DNA of 60,805 bases from Erythrobacteraceae bacterium (GTDB lineage: Bacteria > Pseudomonadota > Alphaproteobacteria > Sphingomonadales > Sphingomonadaceae): positions 26,276 to 87,080 of the forward strand of contig JAYPMZ010000001.1 of assembly GCA_038130205.1 (NCBI GenBank), given 5' to 3'. The notes under the pieces were generated by a model, which was given only the letters and a program-made list of their open reading frames with translations, made no database searches and was not told the DNA's origin. Of this stretch, positions 9,517 through 18,273 are shown in pieces; position 1 is the stretch's first letter, and each line of letters begins with the position of its first letter. The translations under genes and the position numbers were made by a program.

Positions 9517-9761
9517 TGTGCTGGTTCCGTTTGTTCGGTTTCGCCTTCGACCGGGGCGGATTCGGGTCCCGGCGAGGGCAGTACGCCGCCCGGCAGCTGG
9601 CGTGCTTCGAGCATTTCGGCCGCTTCATCGAGTGCACGCGCTTCGCCTTCGCTGACGCCGCCCGGCCCGCTGCTGTTGCCGGGGCCATCACCGCAGGCGG
9701 CGAGCAGGAATGCGGGCACGAGCAGGGCCGCGCTGCGAAGCGCCTTGCGCCGGATCGTCAT
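9513..9761 (-). CDS. Small lipoprotein
   Basis: Lipobox LAAC; GPGGVSEGEARALDEAAEML; ATGA overlap with the downstream acyl-CoA dehydrogenase. Confidence 0.75.
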   Translation of the reverse strand: MTIRRKALRSAALLVPAFLLAACGDGPGNSSGPGGVSEGEARALDEAAEMLEARQLPGGVLPSPGPESAPVEGETEQTEPAQ

Positions 9762-9764
9762 CGG

Positions 9765-10085
9765 TTACTCGACCTCGAGGTCGGCAGCAGCGGCGGCCGC
9801 TTCGGCAGCTTCTGCGGCAGCAGCGGCTTCGGCAGCTACGCTTTCGGCTGCATCGGCGGCTTCTTCGGCGGTCTGCAGGCTGGGTGCACGCTCTGAAGCG
9901 TCTGCGGGCGGGCCAAGTGCCTCGCTGTCTTCGACCGGCTCTTCGGTGATCGGCTCCAGCGCTTCTTCGGCCGGCATTTCGACCGTGTCGGGCATGGCTT
10001 CGGTCGATGCGTCGTCACTGCTGCCGCACGCTGCAAGGCCAAGCGCGAGGCTGCCGAGCATGGCACCTGCTACAAGCTTCTTCAT
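9765..10085 (-). CDS. Acidic low-complexity lipoprotein
   Basis: MKKLV...LAACG lipobox; SD gaggag; Ala/Glu-rich tail. Confidence 0.8.
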   Translation of the reverse strand: MKKLVAGAMLGSLALGLAACGSSDDASTEAMPDTVEMPAEEALEPITEEPVEDSEALGPPADASERAPSLQTAEEAADAAESVAAEAAAAAEAAEAAAAAADLEVE

Positions 10086-10231
10086 GGGTACTCTCCTCGT
10101 TGATCTGGATATTTGCGGGCAGGGTGTAGCGAGGTAAGTCGGGTTAAGCCAAGCGCCTTTTGCTGCGCCGAAACGGCACAATCGAAAGAGAGGTACGCCG
10201 GAGCACCGCGAATCGCGGTATACGTAGCGGC

Positions 10232-11254
10232 ATGGAAAAGACCTTTCGCGACATGCTCCCTTCGCTTCGACGCGGCCCGACCGCCGGACAGCGCCTCGCT
10301 GTCCGCATCGAGCTGCTGCTGGTACTCGCAATTCTCGTGATCGGAGCCATCGGCCCGCTCAACACGGCGCGCGCGCAATCGTCGAGCCGCCCGTTCACCA
10401 TTCTCGAAAACGGGCGCGCCTATGCGACCTTGCAGGCGGCGGTCGATGCGATCGGTGACCAGCGCGGGACGATCGAGATTGCGCCGGGCACCTATCGCCA
10501 ATGTGCCGTGCAGAGCGCGGGCGTGATTGTCTACGCCGCCAAGGAATTCGGCACGGTCACTTTCGATCGCACCACGTGCGAGGGCAAAGCCGCGCTGGTG
10601 CTGCGCGGTCTGGGCGCGGAAGTGCGCGGGATCACTTTTTCGAACATGGCGGTTGCCGACGGCAACGGCGCAGGCATCCGGCTTGAACAGGGCGCGCTCA
10701 ACATTGCCTATTCGCGCTTTCTCGACAGCCAGCAGGGCATCCTCACCGGCAATGACCCGCAGGGGCGCATCTACATTATGCGCTCGACCTTCAGCGGTCT
10801 GGGAACTTGCGAGAATTCGGCGGGCTGCGCCCATTCGATCTACATCGGCAATTATGGCGAGCTGACTGTGCGCGACAGCCGGTTCGAGCGCGGCAGCGGC
10901 GGGCACTACGTCAAAGCTCGCGCGGCGACGGTACTGATCGAGAATAACAGCTTCGACGATTCTGCCGGCAAGGGTACGAACTACATGATCGACCTGCCCG
11001 CAGGCAGCCGTGGCGCGATCACTGGCAACTGGTTCGTGCAGGGCCGCGACAAGGAGAACTACTCCGCCTTCATCGCGCTCGGAGCGGAGGAAGTGCTGCA
11101 CCCGTCGGACGGGCTGCGCGTGACCGGCAATGAGGCGCGCTTCGTGCCCGGCTTGCAGCGTTCGAGTGTGTTTCTGGCCGACTGGACGGGGTCGAATGTG
11201 ACCCTCACCAACAACAACCTTGCCAGCGGATTAAGCCGCTACGAGCGGCGCTAA
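10232..11254 (+). CDS. Secreted right-handed parallel beta-helix protein
   Basis: TLQAAVDA, IAPGTY, DGNGAGIR, Asn-ladder repeats; signal-like hydrophobic segment; start uncertain. Confidence 0.75.
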   Translation: MEKTFRDMLPSLRRGPTAGQRLAVRIELLLVLAILVIGAIGPLNTARAQSSSRPFTILENGRAYATLQAAVDAIGDQRGTIEIAPGTYRQCAVQSAGVIVYAAKEFGTVTFDRTTCEGKAALVLRGLGAEVRGITFSNMAVADGNGAGIRLEQGALNIAYSRFLDSQQGILTGNDPQGRIYIMRSTFSGLGTCENSAGCAHSIYIGNYGELTVRDSRFERGSGGHYVKARAATVLIENNSFDDSAGKGTNYMIDLPAGSRGAITGNWFVQGRDKENYSAFIALGAEEVLHPSDGLRVTGNEARFVPGLQRSSVFLADWTGSNVTLTNNNLASGLSRYERR

Positions 11255-11922
11255 GTCTCCAGCCCGAGCTCTTCGGCTATCTCTATCGCTCGCGCTTCGA
11301 TTGCATCGAAGTCACTGTCGGGCATCGATTCTGCGACGTAGTAGAAAGACTGCTCGCCCATCGCGGCAGCGACGAGGAACCAAGCCAGCGCCTCTTGCGA
11401 ATCCTGTTTGACGGTTTGGCCGAGGTGGAACATCACGCCCACACCGCGCACGCCGCCGCTGTCTTTCATGCGCGCGGCGCGCATATAGCTCGCCAGCGCG
11501 GCCACATCATCTTGCGCAGTGCCGCGTCCCGTCGCCTGCATGACGGCGAGGCTGACGATTGCATCGGTATAATCTTCGGCGGCTGCGGCGCGGAACATGG
11601 CGACCGCCTCTTCAAGCGACCCTTCCGCCGTGCCGGTATCTATCATCACGCCGATCCGCCAGCGGGCATAATTGTTGCCCTCCTTTGCCGCGACGCGATA
11701 GTGATAGGCTGCCACGCGAGCGTCGGCTGTCACGCCCTCGCCTGCCTCGTAGAACCGTCCAAGCCATGCATGCGCCACCGGATCGCCGCGTTCGGCTTCG
11801 GCCTCGGCAATGCGGACCGCTTCGCCAAACTGGCTTTTGTCGACAAGCGCTTCGATCTGCTCCGAGGCATTGCCGAGCGAGAAGACGAGAACCAGAGCGA
11901 GAAACAGATGGCGCATAAACAT
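11251..11922 (-). CDS. Sel1-repeat periplasmic protein
   Basis: Signal peptide; repeats of the type A...LG..Y..G.GV..D...A..Y..AA. Confidence 0.85.
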   Translation of the reverse strand: MFMRHLFLALVLVFSLGNASEQIEALVDKSQFGEAVRIAEAEAERGDPVAHAWLGRFYEAGEGVTADARVAAYHYRVAAKEGNNYARWRIGVMIDTGTAEGSLEEAVAMFRAAAAEDYTDAIVSLAVMQATGRGTAQDDVAALASYMRAARMKDSGGVRGVGVMFHLGQTVKQDSQEALAWFLVAAAMGEQSFYYVAESMPDSDFDAIEARAIEIAEELGLET

Positions 11923-11939
11923 CCCCCCTTGAGCGCAGC

Positions 11940-12449
11940 CTAGCCGAAGGCGCGCGCGTATGTCACCTCGCCCGAAGGCAGGTCGCCGTCGAGCACGAGC
12001 GCCTGAAAATATTCGGGCGGCGGGCCGGGGAAGGTGACTTGCGGTTCGTGAGTGAAGCCGAAGCGGGAGTAGTATTCGGGGCTGCCGAGCAGCACCACGC
12101 CCTTGGCCCCGAGCTGGCGCAGGTCGGCGATGCCGCGTTTAATCAAAGCGCCGCCGATGCCCTGACCTTGCATTTCGGGCCAAACCGACACCGGCCCAAG
12201 GCCGTACCAGTCCTGCGCTGCGTCGGAGATGGAAATCCGCGAGAAAGCGATGTGGCCGACAATCCGCTCCGCATCCTCGGCAACCAGCGACAGCGCCAGA
12301 TCGTCGTCTGCGCGCAGGCGCTCGACAAGGTGCTGCTCATCGCCGTCGCTGAAAGGCATATTGGCAAATGCGGCCTCGGTGAGCGCGAAAATCGCTGGTT
12401 CGTCTCCTGCGTCTTCGGGACGGATTGTAACGGGGACTGCGGGGCTCAT
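11940..12449 (-). CDS. GNAT N-acetyltransferase (YhbS-like)
   Basis: LGPVSVWPEMQGQGIGGALI, LLGSPEYYSRFGF. Confidence 0.9.
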   Translation of the reverse strand: MSPAVPVTIRPEDAGDEPAIFALTEAAFANMPFSDGDEQHLVERLRADDDLALSLVAEDAERIVGHIAFSRISISDAAQDWYGLGPVSVWPEMQGQGIGGALIKRGIADLRQLGAKGVVLLGSPEYYSRFGFTHEPQVTFPGPPPEYFQALVLDGDLPSGEVTYARAFG

Positions 12450-13519
12450 CCCAGCAAATGTCCGTGGCGATCGCGCTTGGTGGCGAGATAGCGGGCGTTG
12501 TGCGGATTGTCGGGAAGCTGGTGCGGCACGCGCTCGCTCACCGTGATACCTGCCGCTTCGAGCGCTGCAACCTTGCCGGGATTGTTGGTCATTAGCCGGA
12601 TGCTGCCCGCGCCGAGCAGATCGAGCATCCGTGCCGCTGTCGGAAAATCGCGCGCTTCATCGGGCAGGCCCAGCCGTGTGTTGGCATCGACCGTGTCGAA
12701 ACCCTGATCCTGCAATCGATAGGCGCGTAGCTTGTTAACGAGCCCGATCCCGCGCCCCTCCTGCCGCAAATACAGCAGCGCGCCCCAGCCGCCGCTTTCG
12801 CGTGCGTGTTCGGCCATGGCGTGCAGCGCTGCATCGAGCTGCGGGCCGCAATCGCATTTGAGGCTGCCGAGGATGTCGCCTGTCAGGCATTCCGAATGGA
12901 GCCGCACCAGCGGTTCGCGGTCGCCCGACTGTTCGCCGATGATCAGCGCAACGTGTTCGCGCGTGTCCTCGGTGGAGCGGAAAGCAACGATTTGTGCATC
13001 GCTGCTGGCGTTCACCGGCAGGCGTGCGCGGGTGACAATCCTGAGTGCACCGCTGTCGGCATACTCCGCCAGATCGCCGGCGGCGAGTGTGTGTGCTTCG
13101 CCCGCCCCTTCGGGATTGACCAGAAAGGCCGGCAGGATGCCCGCAATCCGCGCCAGCTCCATCGCTGCGCGGGCGGCATCGTCCCACGCGAGCGCTTCGG
13201 CACGGAACGGTCCCTTGAATGGATTGCCGAGGTCGAGCGCTGGATCGGCGATGGGCCCCGCTTCGGCAAGCGTGAAATCCTCTCCGCCGCTGATGAGAAC
13301 AGGGGCATGGGGCACAGCCGCTTCGCGCTGGTTTGCCAGTTTGAGCGTCGCCGCCCGGGCCGCCGAAATCAGCATCTGCGGCGCTGTCGCAGCGCTCGCG
13401 ACTGCGGTTTCGACGGGAAGAAGTGTCGGCCCATCCTCGAACGCGAGCGGCCAGCCGTGGCGCAGGGCGTCCACCGCCTGCGCCGCGCGCCGTGCAGGGG
13501 AGGGCGCTGGATGGCTCAA
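12446..13519 (-). CDS. ribA: GTP cyclohydrolase II with degenerate RibB-like N-terminal domain
   Basis: VRLHSECLTGDILGSLKCDCG, QEGRGIGL, MTNNP; probable TTG start overlapping the xth stop. Confidence 0.9.
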   Translation of the reverse strand: MSHPAPSPARRAAQAVDALRHGWPLAFEDGPTLLPVETAVASAATAPQMLISAARAATLKLANQREAAVPHAPVLISGGEDFTLAEAGPIADPALDLGNPFKGPFRAEALAWDDAARAAMELARIAGILPAFLVNPEGAGEAHTLAAGDLAEYADSGALRIVTRARLPVNASSDAQIVAFRSTEDTREHVALIIGEQSGDREPLVRLHSECLTGDILGSLKCDCGPQLDAALHAMAEHARESGGWGALLYLRQEGRGIGLVNKLRAYRLQDQGFDTVDANTRLGLPDEARDFPTAARMLDLLGAGSIRLMTNNPGKVAALEAAGITVSERVPHQLPDNPHNARYLATKRDRHGHLLG

Positions 13520-14304
13520 ATATCGAACTCGGTGATCAGCGGAACGTGGTCCGAAGGCTTTTCCCAGCTGCGCGCATCTTCGAGCACGCTGTGCGATTTT
13601 GCCTGCGCGGCAAGATCGGGCGAGGCCCACATATGGTCAAGCCGCCGCCCGCGATCATTGGCGCGCCAATCCTTCGCGCGGTAGCTCCACCAGCTGAAAT
13701 AGCGTTCCGGATCGCGGATGAACTCGCGGCCGATGTCGACCCAGCCATGCGCTTCCTTGAACCGCTGGAGCGTCTCGACCTCGAGCGGCGTGTGGCTGAC
13801 GACCTTCAAGAGCTGCTTGTGATTCCACACGTCGCTTTCGAGCGGGGCGATGTTGAAATCGCCGACGATCAGAGTGGGTTTGTCGAGCTTGTCCGCCCAC
13901 TGCGTCATGCGTTCGAGGAAATCGAGCTTCTGCCCGAATTTCACGTTCACCTCGCGGTCGGGTTCATCGCCGCCTGCCGGAACGTAGACATTGTCGACGA
14001 TCATATCGCGCCCGACCACCTCGACCGCGATGTGGCGCGCCTCGCCATTGGCCTGCCAATCGTGGCGGGCGACTTCGCGGATCGGTACGCGGCTGACGGT
14101 GGCGACGCCGTGATAGCCCTTTTGCCCGCACACCGCCTGATGCTCGTAACCCAGCGCAGCGAGCGCTTCGGCAGGGAACTGGTGCTCCTGGCACTTGATC
14201 TCCTGCAGGCACAGCACATCGGGAGCGTGCTCGGTCAGATATTTTTCGATGATCGGCAGGCGCAGGCGGGCCGAGTTGATGTTCCAGGTCGCGACAGAAA
14301 GCAT
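13516..14304 (-). CDS. xth: Exodeoxyribonuclease III
   Basis: ATWNINS, LQEIK, GDFNIAP, RLDH, SDHVP. Confidence 0.95.
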   Translation of the reverse strand: MLSVATWNINSARLRLPIIEKYLTEHAPDVLCLQEIKCQEHQFPAEALAALGYEHQAVCGQKGYHGVATVSRVPIREVARHDWQANGEARHIAVEVVGRDMIVDNVYVPAGGDEPDREVNVKFGQKLDFLERMTQWADKLDKPTLIVGDFNIAPLESDVWNHKQLLKVVSHTPLEVETLQRFKEAHGWVDIGREFIRDPERYFSWWSYRAKDWRANDRGRRLDHMWASPDLAAQAKSHSVLEDARSWEKPSDHVPLITEFDI

Positions 14305-14401
14305 GGCGGCGATTTAGGCAGCCCCGCACAAAAACGCTACCTTTCACTTTCCCGACGCAATCGGAACCGATAGCGGTTGTGTTCTGACAGGGAGACACAC
14401 A

Positions 14402-15835
14402 ATGAAACGCTCGCTCGCCACTCTCATCGCCTCAAGCGCGCTTGCACTCGGCGCCTGCGGTATGGACGAAGGCAACGCGCCGCTTGCCAGCGCTTCGACG
14501 AGAGCCCCGCAGGCCGAAGCGAGGGCCAAGAACGTCATCCTGTTCATCGGCGACGGCATGGGCATCTCCACCATCACTGCCGCGCGGATCTATGCAGGGC
14601 AGAAGCAGGGGCAAACCGGCGAGGAGTATGTCCTGCCGTTTGAAACCTTTGACAACGTCGCGCTGGTCAAAACCTACAACACCAACGCGCAAGTCCCCGA
14701 CAGCGCCGGAACCGCGACCGCGATGCATTCGGGCGCGAAGACCAATATCGGCGTGCTCGGCATCGCGGCTGCGGGCGGCCATGGCGATTGCGCCGCCGCG
14801 CTTGCCAACCCGCTGCCACTGCTGGGCGAAGAGGCCAAAGAGCGCGGGCTGGCGCTCGGCATCGTCTCGACCGCGCGGCTGACCCACGCGACACCGGCCA
14901 GCGTCTATGCCCGCAGCGCTAACCGCGACTGGGAGGCCGATGCATGGGTTCCCGAAGACGAGCGGGGGCTTGGTTGCAAGGATATCGCGACACAGCTTGT
15001 CGAATCCGATTGGGACATCGCGCTGGGTGGCGGTTCGGTGGTCATGTATGGCAGCGAGCACGGCGGACGGCGCATGGAGGCGGGCGCCGATTTGCCCGCC
15101 GCATGGACGGCGCGCACCGGCGGCACCTATGTGACCACGCAGGCCGAGCTTGAGGCTGCGCCTGCTGATGCGCCGGTGCTCGGCGTCTTCTCGCCCAGCC
15201 ACATGACCTACATGGTCGATCGCAAGCCCGATTCGACCGAGCCCACGCTCACCGACATGACCGCGCAAGCGCTCGGGCGGCTGGGGCAGGACCCCGATGG
15301 TTACTATCTGATGGTTGAAAGCGGGCGTATCGACCACGGCCACCACGCAGGGCAAGCGGGCTATGCGCTCGAGGAAGCGGTCGAGTTCGCGCGGGCGATC
15401 CAGTATGCGATCGACAACACCGATCCCGAAGAGACGCTGATCATGGTCACCGCCGATCACAGCCACGTCTTCACTATCGCAGGCTATCCGCGCCGCGGGA
15501 ACGACATCCTCGGCCTGGTGGTTCCGCCCACGGGCGGCGATGAGGATCATTCGGGTGAGGATGCAACCGAAGGCGCGCCCTCGCTCGCTGCGGATGGCAA
15601 GCCCTACACGACGCTCGGCTATGGCAACGGACCCGGCGCAGTTTCGGGCGAACGTCCGATCCCCGAAACGGGCGTCCACGCGCACCAGCAATCGGTTGTT
15701 CCGACCGAAAGCGAAACCCACGGCGGAGAAGATGTAGCCCTGTTCGCACAAGGTCCCGGAGCCGAAGGCGCGCATGGCGTGATCGAGCAGGACGTGATCT
15801 ACGACATCATCCGTGCAGCTTACGGCTGGGAGTAA
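14402..15835 (+). CDS. phoA: Alkaline phosphatase (PhoA family), predicted lipoprotein
   Basis: FIGDGMG, PDSAGTAT, THATPA, RIDHGHH, TADHSH, THGGEDV; lipobox LGAC. Confidence 0.9.
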   Translation: MKRSLATLIASSALALGACGMDEGNAPLASASTRAPQAEARAKNVILFIGDGMGISTITAARIYAGQKQGQTGEEYVLPFETFDNVALVKTYNTNAQVPDSAGTATAMHSGAKTNIGVLGIAAAGGHGDCAAALANPLPLLGEEAKERGLALGIVSTARLTHATPASVYARSANRDWEADAWVPEDERGLGCKDIATQLVESDWDIALGGGSVVMYGSEHGGRRMEAGADLPAAWTARTGGTYVTTQAELEAAPADAPVLGVFSPSHMTYMVDRKPDSTEPTLTDMTAQALGRLGQDPDGYYLMVESGRIDHGHHAGQAGYALEEAVEFARAIQYAIDNTDPEETLIMVTADHSHVFTIAGYPRRGNDILGLVVPPTGGDEDHSGEDATEGAPSLAADGKPYTTLGYGNGPGAVSGERPIPETGVHAHQQSVVPTESETHGGEDVALFAQGPGAEGAHGVIEQDVIYDIIRAAYGWE

Positions 15836-15864
15836 TCCCGCAGCCCGAACGCCCGACGCAAACA

Positions 15865-15903
15865 ACAAAAAACCCTCGACCCGGGGGCGATGGGTCGAGG
15901 GTT
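15865..15903 (-). terminator. Rho-independent terminator
   Basis: 12-bp stem aaccctcgaccc/gggtcgagggtt followed by a U tract on the minus strand. Confidence 0.85.
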
Positions 15904-15995
15904 CCATGTTAGCGTTCGTCACGCTTGCACAAAGCGGCGATTCTCGGGGAAGGGCAACAGGGGGGAAACCCTTCCTTCGTCCGCCTTGTTCAGAA
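15865..15995 (-). ncRNA. Candidate small RNA / structured 3' element with three stem-loops
   Basis: Long hairpin with C-rich loop, short hairpin, then terminator; a G-U pair favours the minus strand. Confidence 0.5.
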
Positions 15996-16077
15996 CAAAT
16001 ACCGCCAGTCGGCTTTCCGCTATATGAACGCGCACCTAGTTTTGTCGCATTCATACAACTTATCGGGGCCGAGCCGT

Positions 16078-16746
16078 TTAGCCCGGACGACGAGATGTGC
16101 GGCGCGGATCGCGGAAATTGAAAGTGCTGTCAGGAACCGAGATTCCATAGCGGTGATTCGACAGCCGCACCGTGGTGCGGTGATTCTGCGCATCGAGCGC
16201 AACCCAGTGTGTCAGCTGCAATCCGCCCGGTGCCGAGGCATTGCGCACGAAGATCAGATTGATCCGTCCGTATTCGGGCTTGTTCGGGTCACGCACATCG
16301 ACGCTGATGACATCGGGGCTGCCCGTCGGGACCAGCGTGCCGAACTGCTTCACATCGCGATTCGGGTCGAGCAACGCGCCAAGCGGCGAGTTGCGGATCG
16401 GCCAGCGTTCGACCTGGTTGACCTCGTAATCGATCATATAGAGCGAGCGCCCGTTCGACACCACGAGCAGGTCGGCATCGCTGCCATAGTCGAACCGGAT
16501 TTTGCCCGGCCGCTTCAGCGTCATCGATCCGCGTGCGACATTGCCTGCGCGGTCGGTTTGCGAGAAATCCGCCTTCATCGTCGAAATCGCGCGCAGCGCG
16601 GCGACGGCGCGGTCTAGGTCGGCGCTAGACGTTTGTGCAGAGGCGGGAGCGGCCAGCTCGCCCGTAGGCAGGCTGAGGCCGAGAGCAAGCGTACCGGCGG
16701 CGGCAAGCGCAAGGCCGGTGCGGCGAAATAGAGCAAATGTGTTCAT
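16078..16746 (-). CDS. lolA: Outer-membrane lipoprotein carrier protein
   Basis: ADFSQ, LKRPGKIRFDY, LLVVSNG, SPLG; signal peptide; start set to ATG 16746. Confidence 0.88.
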   Translation of the reverse strand: MNTFALFRRTGLALAAAGTLALGLSLPTGELAAPASAQTSSADLDRAVAALRAISTMKADFSQTDRAGNVARGSMTLKRPGKIRFDYGSDADLLVVSNGRSLYMIDYEVNQVERWPIRNSPLGALLDPNRDVKQFGTLVPTGSPDVISVDVRDPNKPEYGRINLIFVRNASAPGGLQLTHWVALDAQNHRTTVRLSNHRYGISVPDSTFNFRDPRRTSRRPG

Positions 16747-16821
16747 AGCCGCGCAGCTACGCCTGGCGGATTGAACTGTCGATGAATTAAATGCAGTGGG
16801 CCGTTCAGGCACACGAAGATC

Positions 16822-16989
16822 TTACTTGATCTTCGCTTCCTTGAATTCGACGTGCTTCTTCACAACCGGGTCGTACTTGCGGAACGACATCTTCTCGGTG
16901 ATGTTGCGCGGGTTCTTCTTCGTAACGTAGAAAAAGCCGGTGCCTTCGCTGGAAACGAGGCGGATTTTGACGGTTGCTGGCTTCGCCAT
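16822..16989 (-). CDS. rpmG: 50S ribosomal protein L33 (absent from the ORF track)
   Basis: Manual translation [55 protein letters not shown]. Confidence 0.97.
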   Translation of the reverse strand: MAKPATVKIRLVSSEGTGFFYVTKKNPRNITEKMSFRKYDPVVKKHVEFKEAKIK

Positions 16990-17109
16990 GGCGGGTTCCT
17001 AAAGACTGTCTGGTGAGGCCAACTGGCCCAAAATACAAAGGGCGACGCATTCGGCGCCGCCGTTTCAGCGCGCGCCAATGGGCGATTCACGGGGTAAAGT
17101 CAAGAAGAG

Positions 17110-17538
17110 TCACCAATCAGAGCGGCTGGGCTTGCCGCGATTGGCCTTCACCTCGCCGCGCGCTTTCTTCGCCTTCAATCGCTGGACCTTGCCGACGCGA
17201 TTGACGCGGCTCTTGGCGCGCTTCTTGGGCTGGCGATGCGCTTCTTCGAGGATCTCGGCCAGCTTGGCGCGCGCATGCGTCCGATTCGCTTCCTGAGTAC
17301 GGTGCAGCTTGGAAGTGATCAGCAGATCGCCCGCAGCGGTCAGCTTGGACCCCGCCAGCGTGCGCAGGCGCGTAAACACCGGAGGCGGCAGGCGCAGCGC
17401 ATAGACATTCACGCGCAGCTGCACCTCGGTCGCGACCTTGTTGGCGTTCTGTCCGCCGGGGCCGGAGCCTGCGAGGAAGCTTTCCTCGGCCAGTGCATGA
17501 GCACGGTTGATAGTGGCTTCAAGTAACGCCGGATCCAT
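17110..17538 (-). CDS. arfB: Alternative ribosome-rescue peptidyl-tRNA hydrolase
   Basis: SGPGGQNANK motif, RTQEANR, basic C-terminal tail. Confidence 0.92.
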   Translation of the reverse strand: MDPALLEATINRAHALAEESFLAGSGPGGQNANKVATEVQLRVNVYALRLPPPVFTRLRTLAGSKLTAAGDLLITSKLHRTQEANRTHARAKLAEILEEAHRQPKKRAKSRVNRVGKVQRLKAKKARGEVKANRGKPSRSDW

Positions 17539-18232
17539 CGGGCATCTCTGGCGGTTCGGGAGCGGTCAGGCCGGCGCGCACGAAGTCTTCGGGGAAGGGC
17601 GCAAAGGCGGTGATCGCAGTTTTGCCCTCGCGTGCCACGGTCAGCGTTTCTGCATGCAGCATGGTGCGCGGTGCACCCTTGTTCTGCCCGCGCACCGGCC
17701 CGTAAACCGGATCGCCGAGGAGCGCCGCGCCGAGCCCTTGCAGCGCATGGACGCGCAACTGGTGGGTGCGACCCGTTTCGGGGCGGAAACGAATCAGCGA
17801 GCGGCGTCTGTCTCCCTCTCCGATGGTTTCGATCAGTTCCCAATGCGACACCGCAGGCTTGCCCTTTTTCGCCGCGATCATGCGCCAGCCTTTTTCGGCC
17901 GAGCTGATCTTCGACAGCGACAATTCGATCGTGCCCGATTGCTCGCTCGGTTCGAAGTCGATGATCGCCAGATAGGTCTTGCCCACCAGACGATCCTCGA
18001 AGGCCTTGTTGAAGCGCTTCAAAGCCTTGGGGTTGCGCGCCAGCAGCAGACAACCCGAAGTGTCGGTGTCGAGCCGATGGACCGCGACCGGCGGGCGCTG
18101 GAAGCCGAGTTTCAGCTCCTCGATATGGTCCCACAGGGCAGGGCCGCCGCGCTTGGGACGATCGACGGGAAGGCCCGCGGGCTTGTTGATGACGAGCGCC
18201 TCGCCGTCTTCGTAGAGAATGGGAATAGTCAT
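17519..18232 (-). CDS. RluA-family pseudouridine synthase
   Basis: NKPAGL, HRLDTDTSG, TGRTHQLRVH, GDPVYG. Confidence 0.93.
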   Translation of the reverse strand: MTIPILYEDGEALVINKPAGLPVDRPKRGGPALWDHIEELKLGFQRPPVAVHRLDTDTSGCLLLARNPKALKRFNKAFEDRLVGKTYLAIIDFEPSEQSGTIELSLSKISSAEKGWRMIAAKKGKPAVSHWELIETIGEGDRRRSLIRFRPETGRTHQLRVHALQGLGAALLGDPVYGPVRGQNKGAPRTMLHAETLTVAREGKTAITAFAPFPEDFVRAGLTAPEPPEMPDGSGVT

Positions 18233-18273
18233 GTAATCTTTCTAAGCGTGCCGGAGCTTTCCGGCGCTTACCA

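Noticed and set aside
14341-14358. Possible Pho box upstream of phoA (ctttcac-tttc-ccgacgc)
   Set aside because: Second half-site matches too poorly
14432-16054. 540-aa minus-strand ORF
   Set aside because: Shadow of phoA; runs through a terminator
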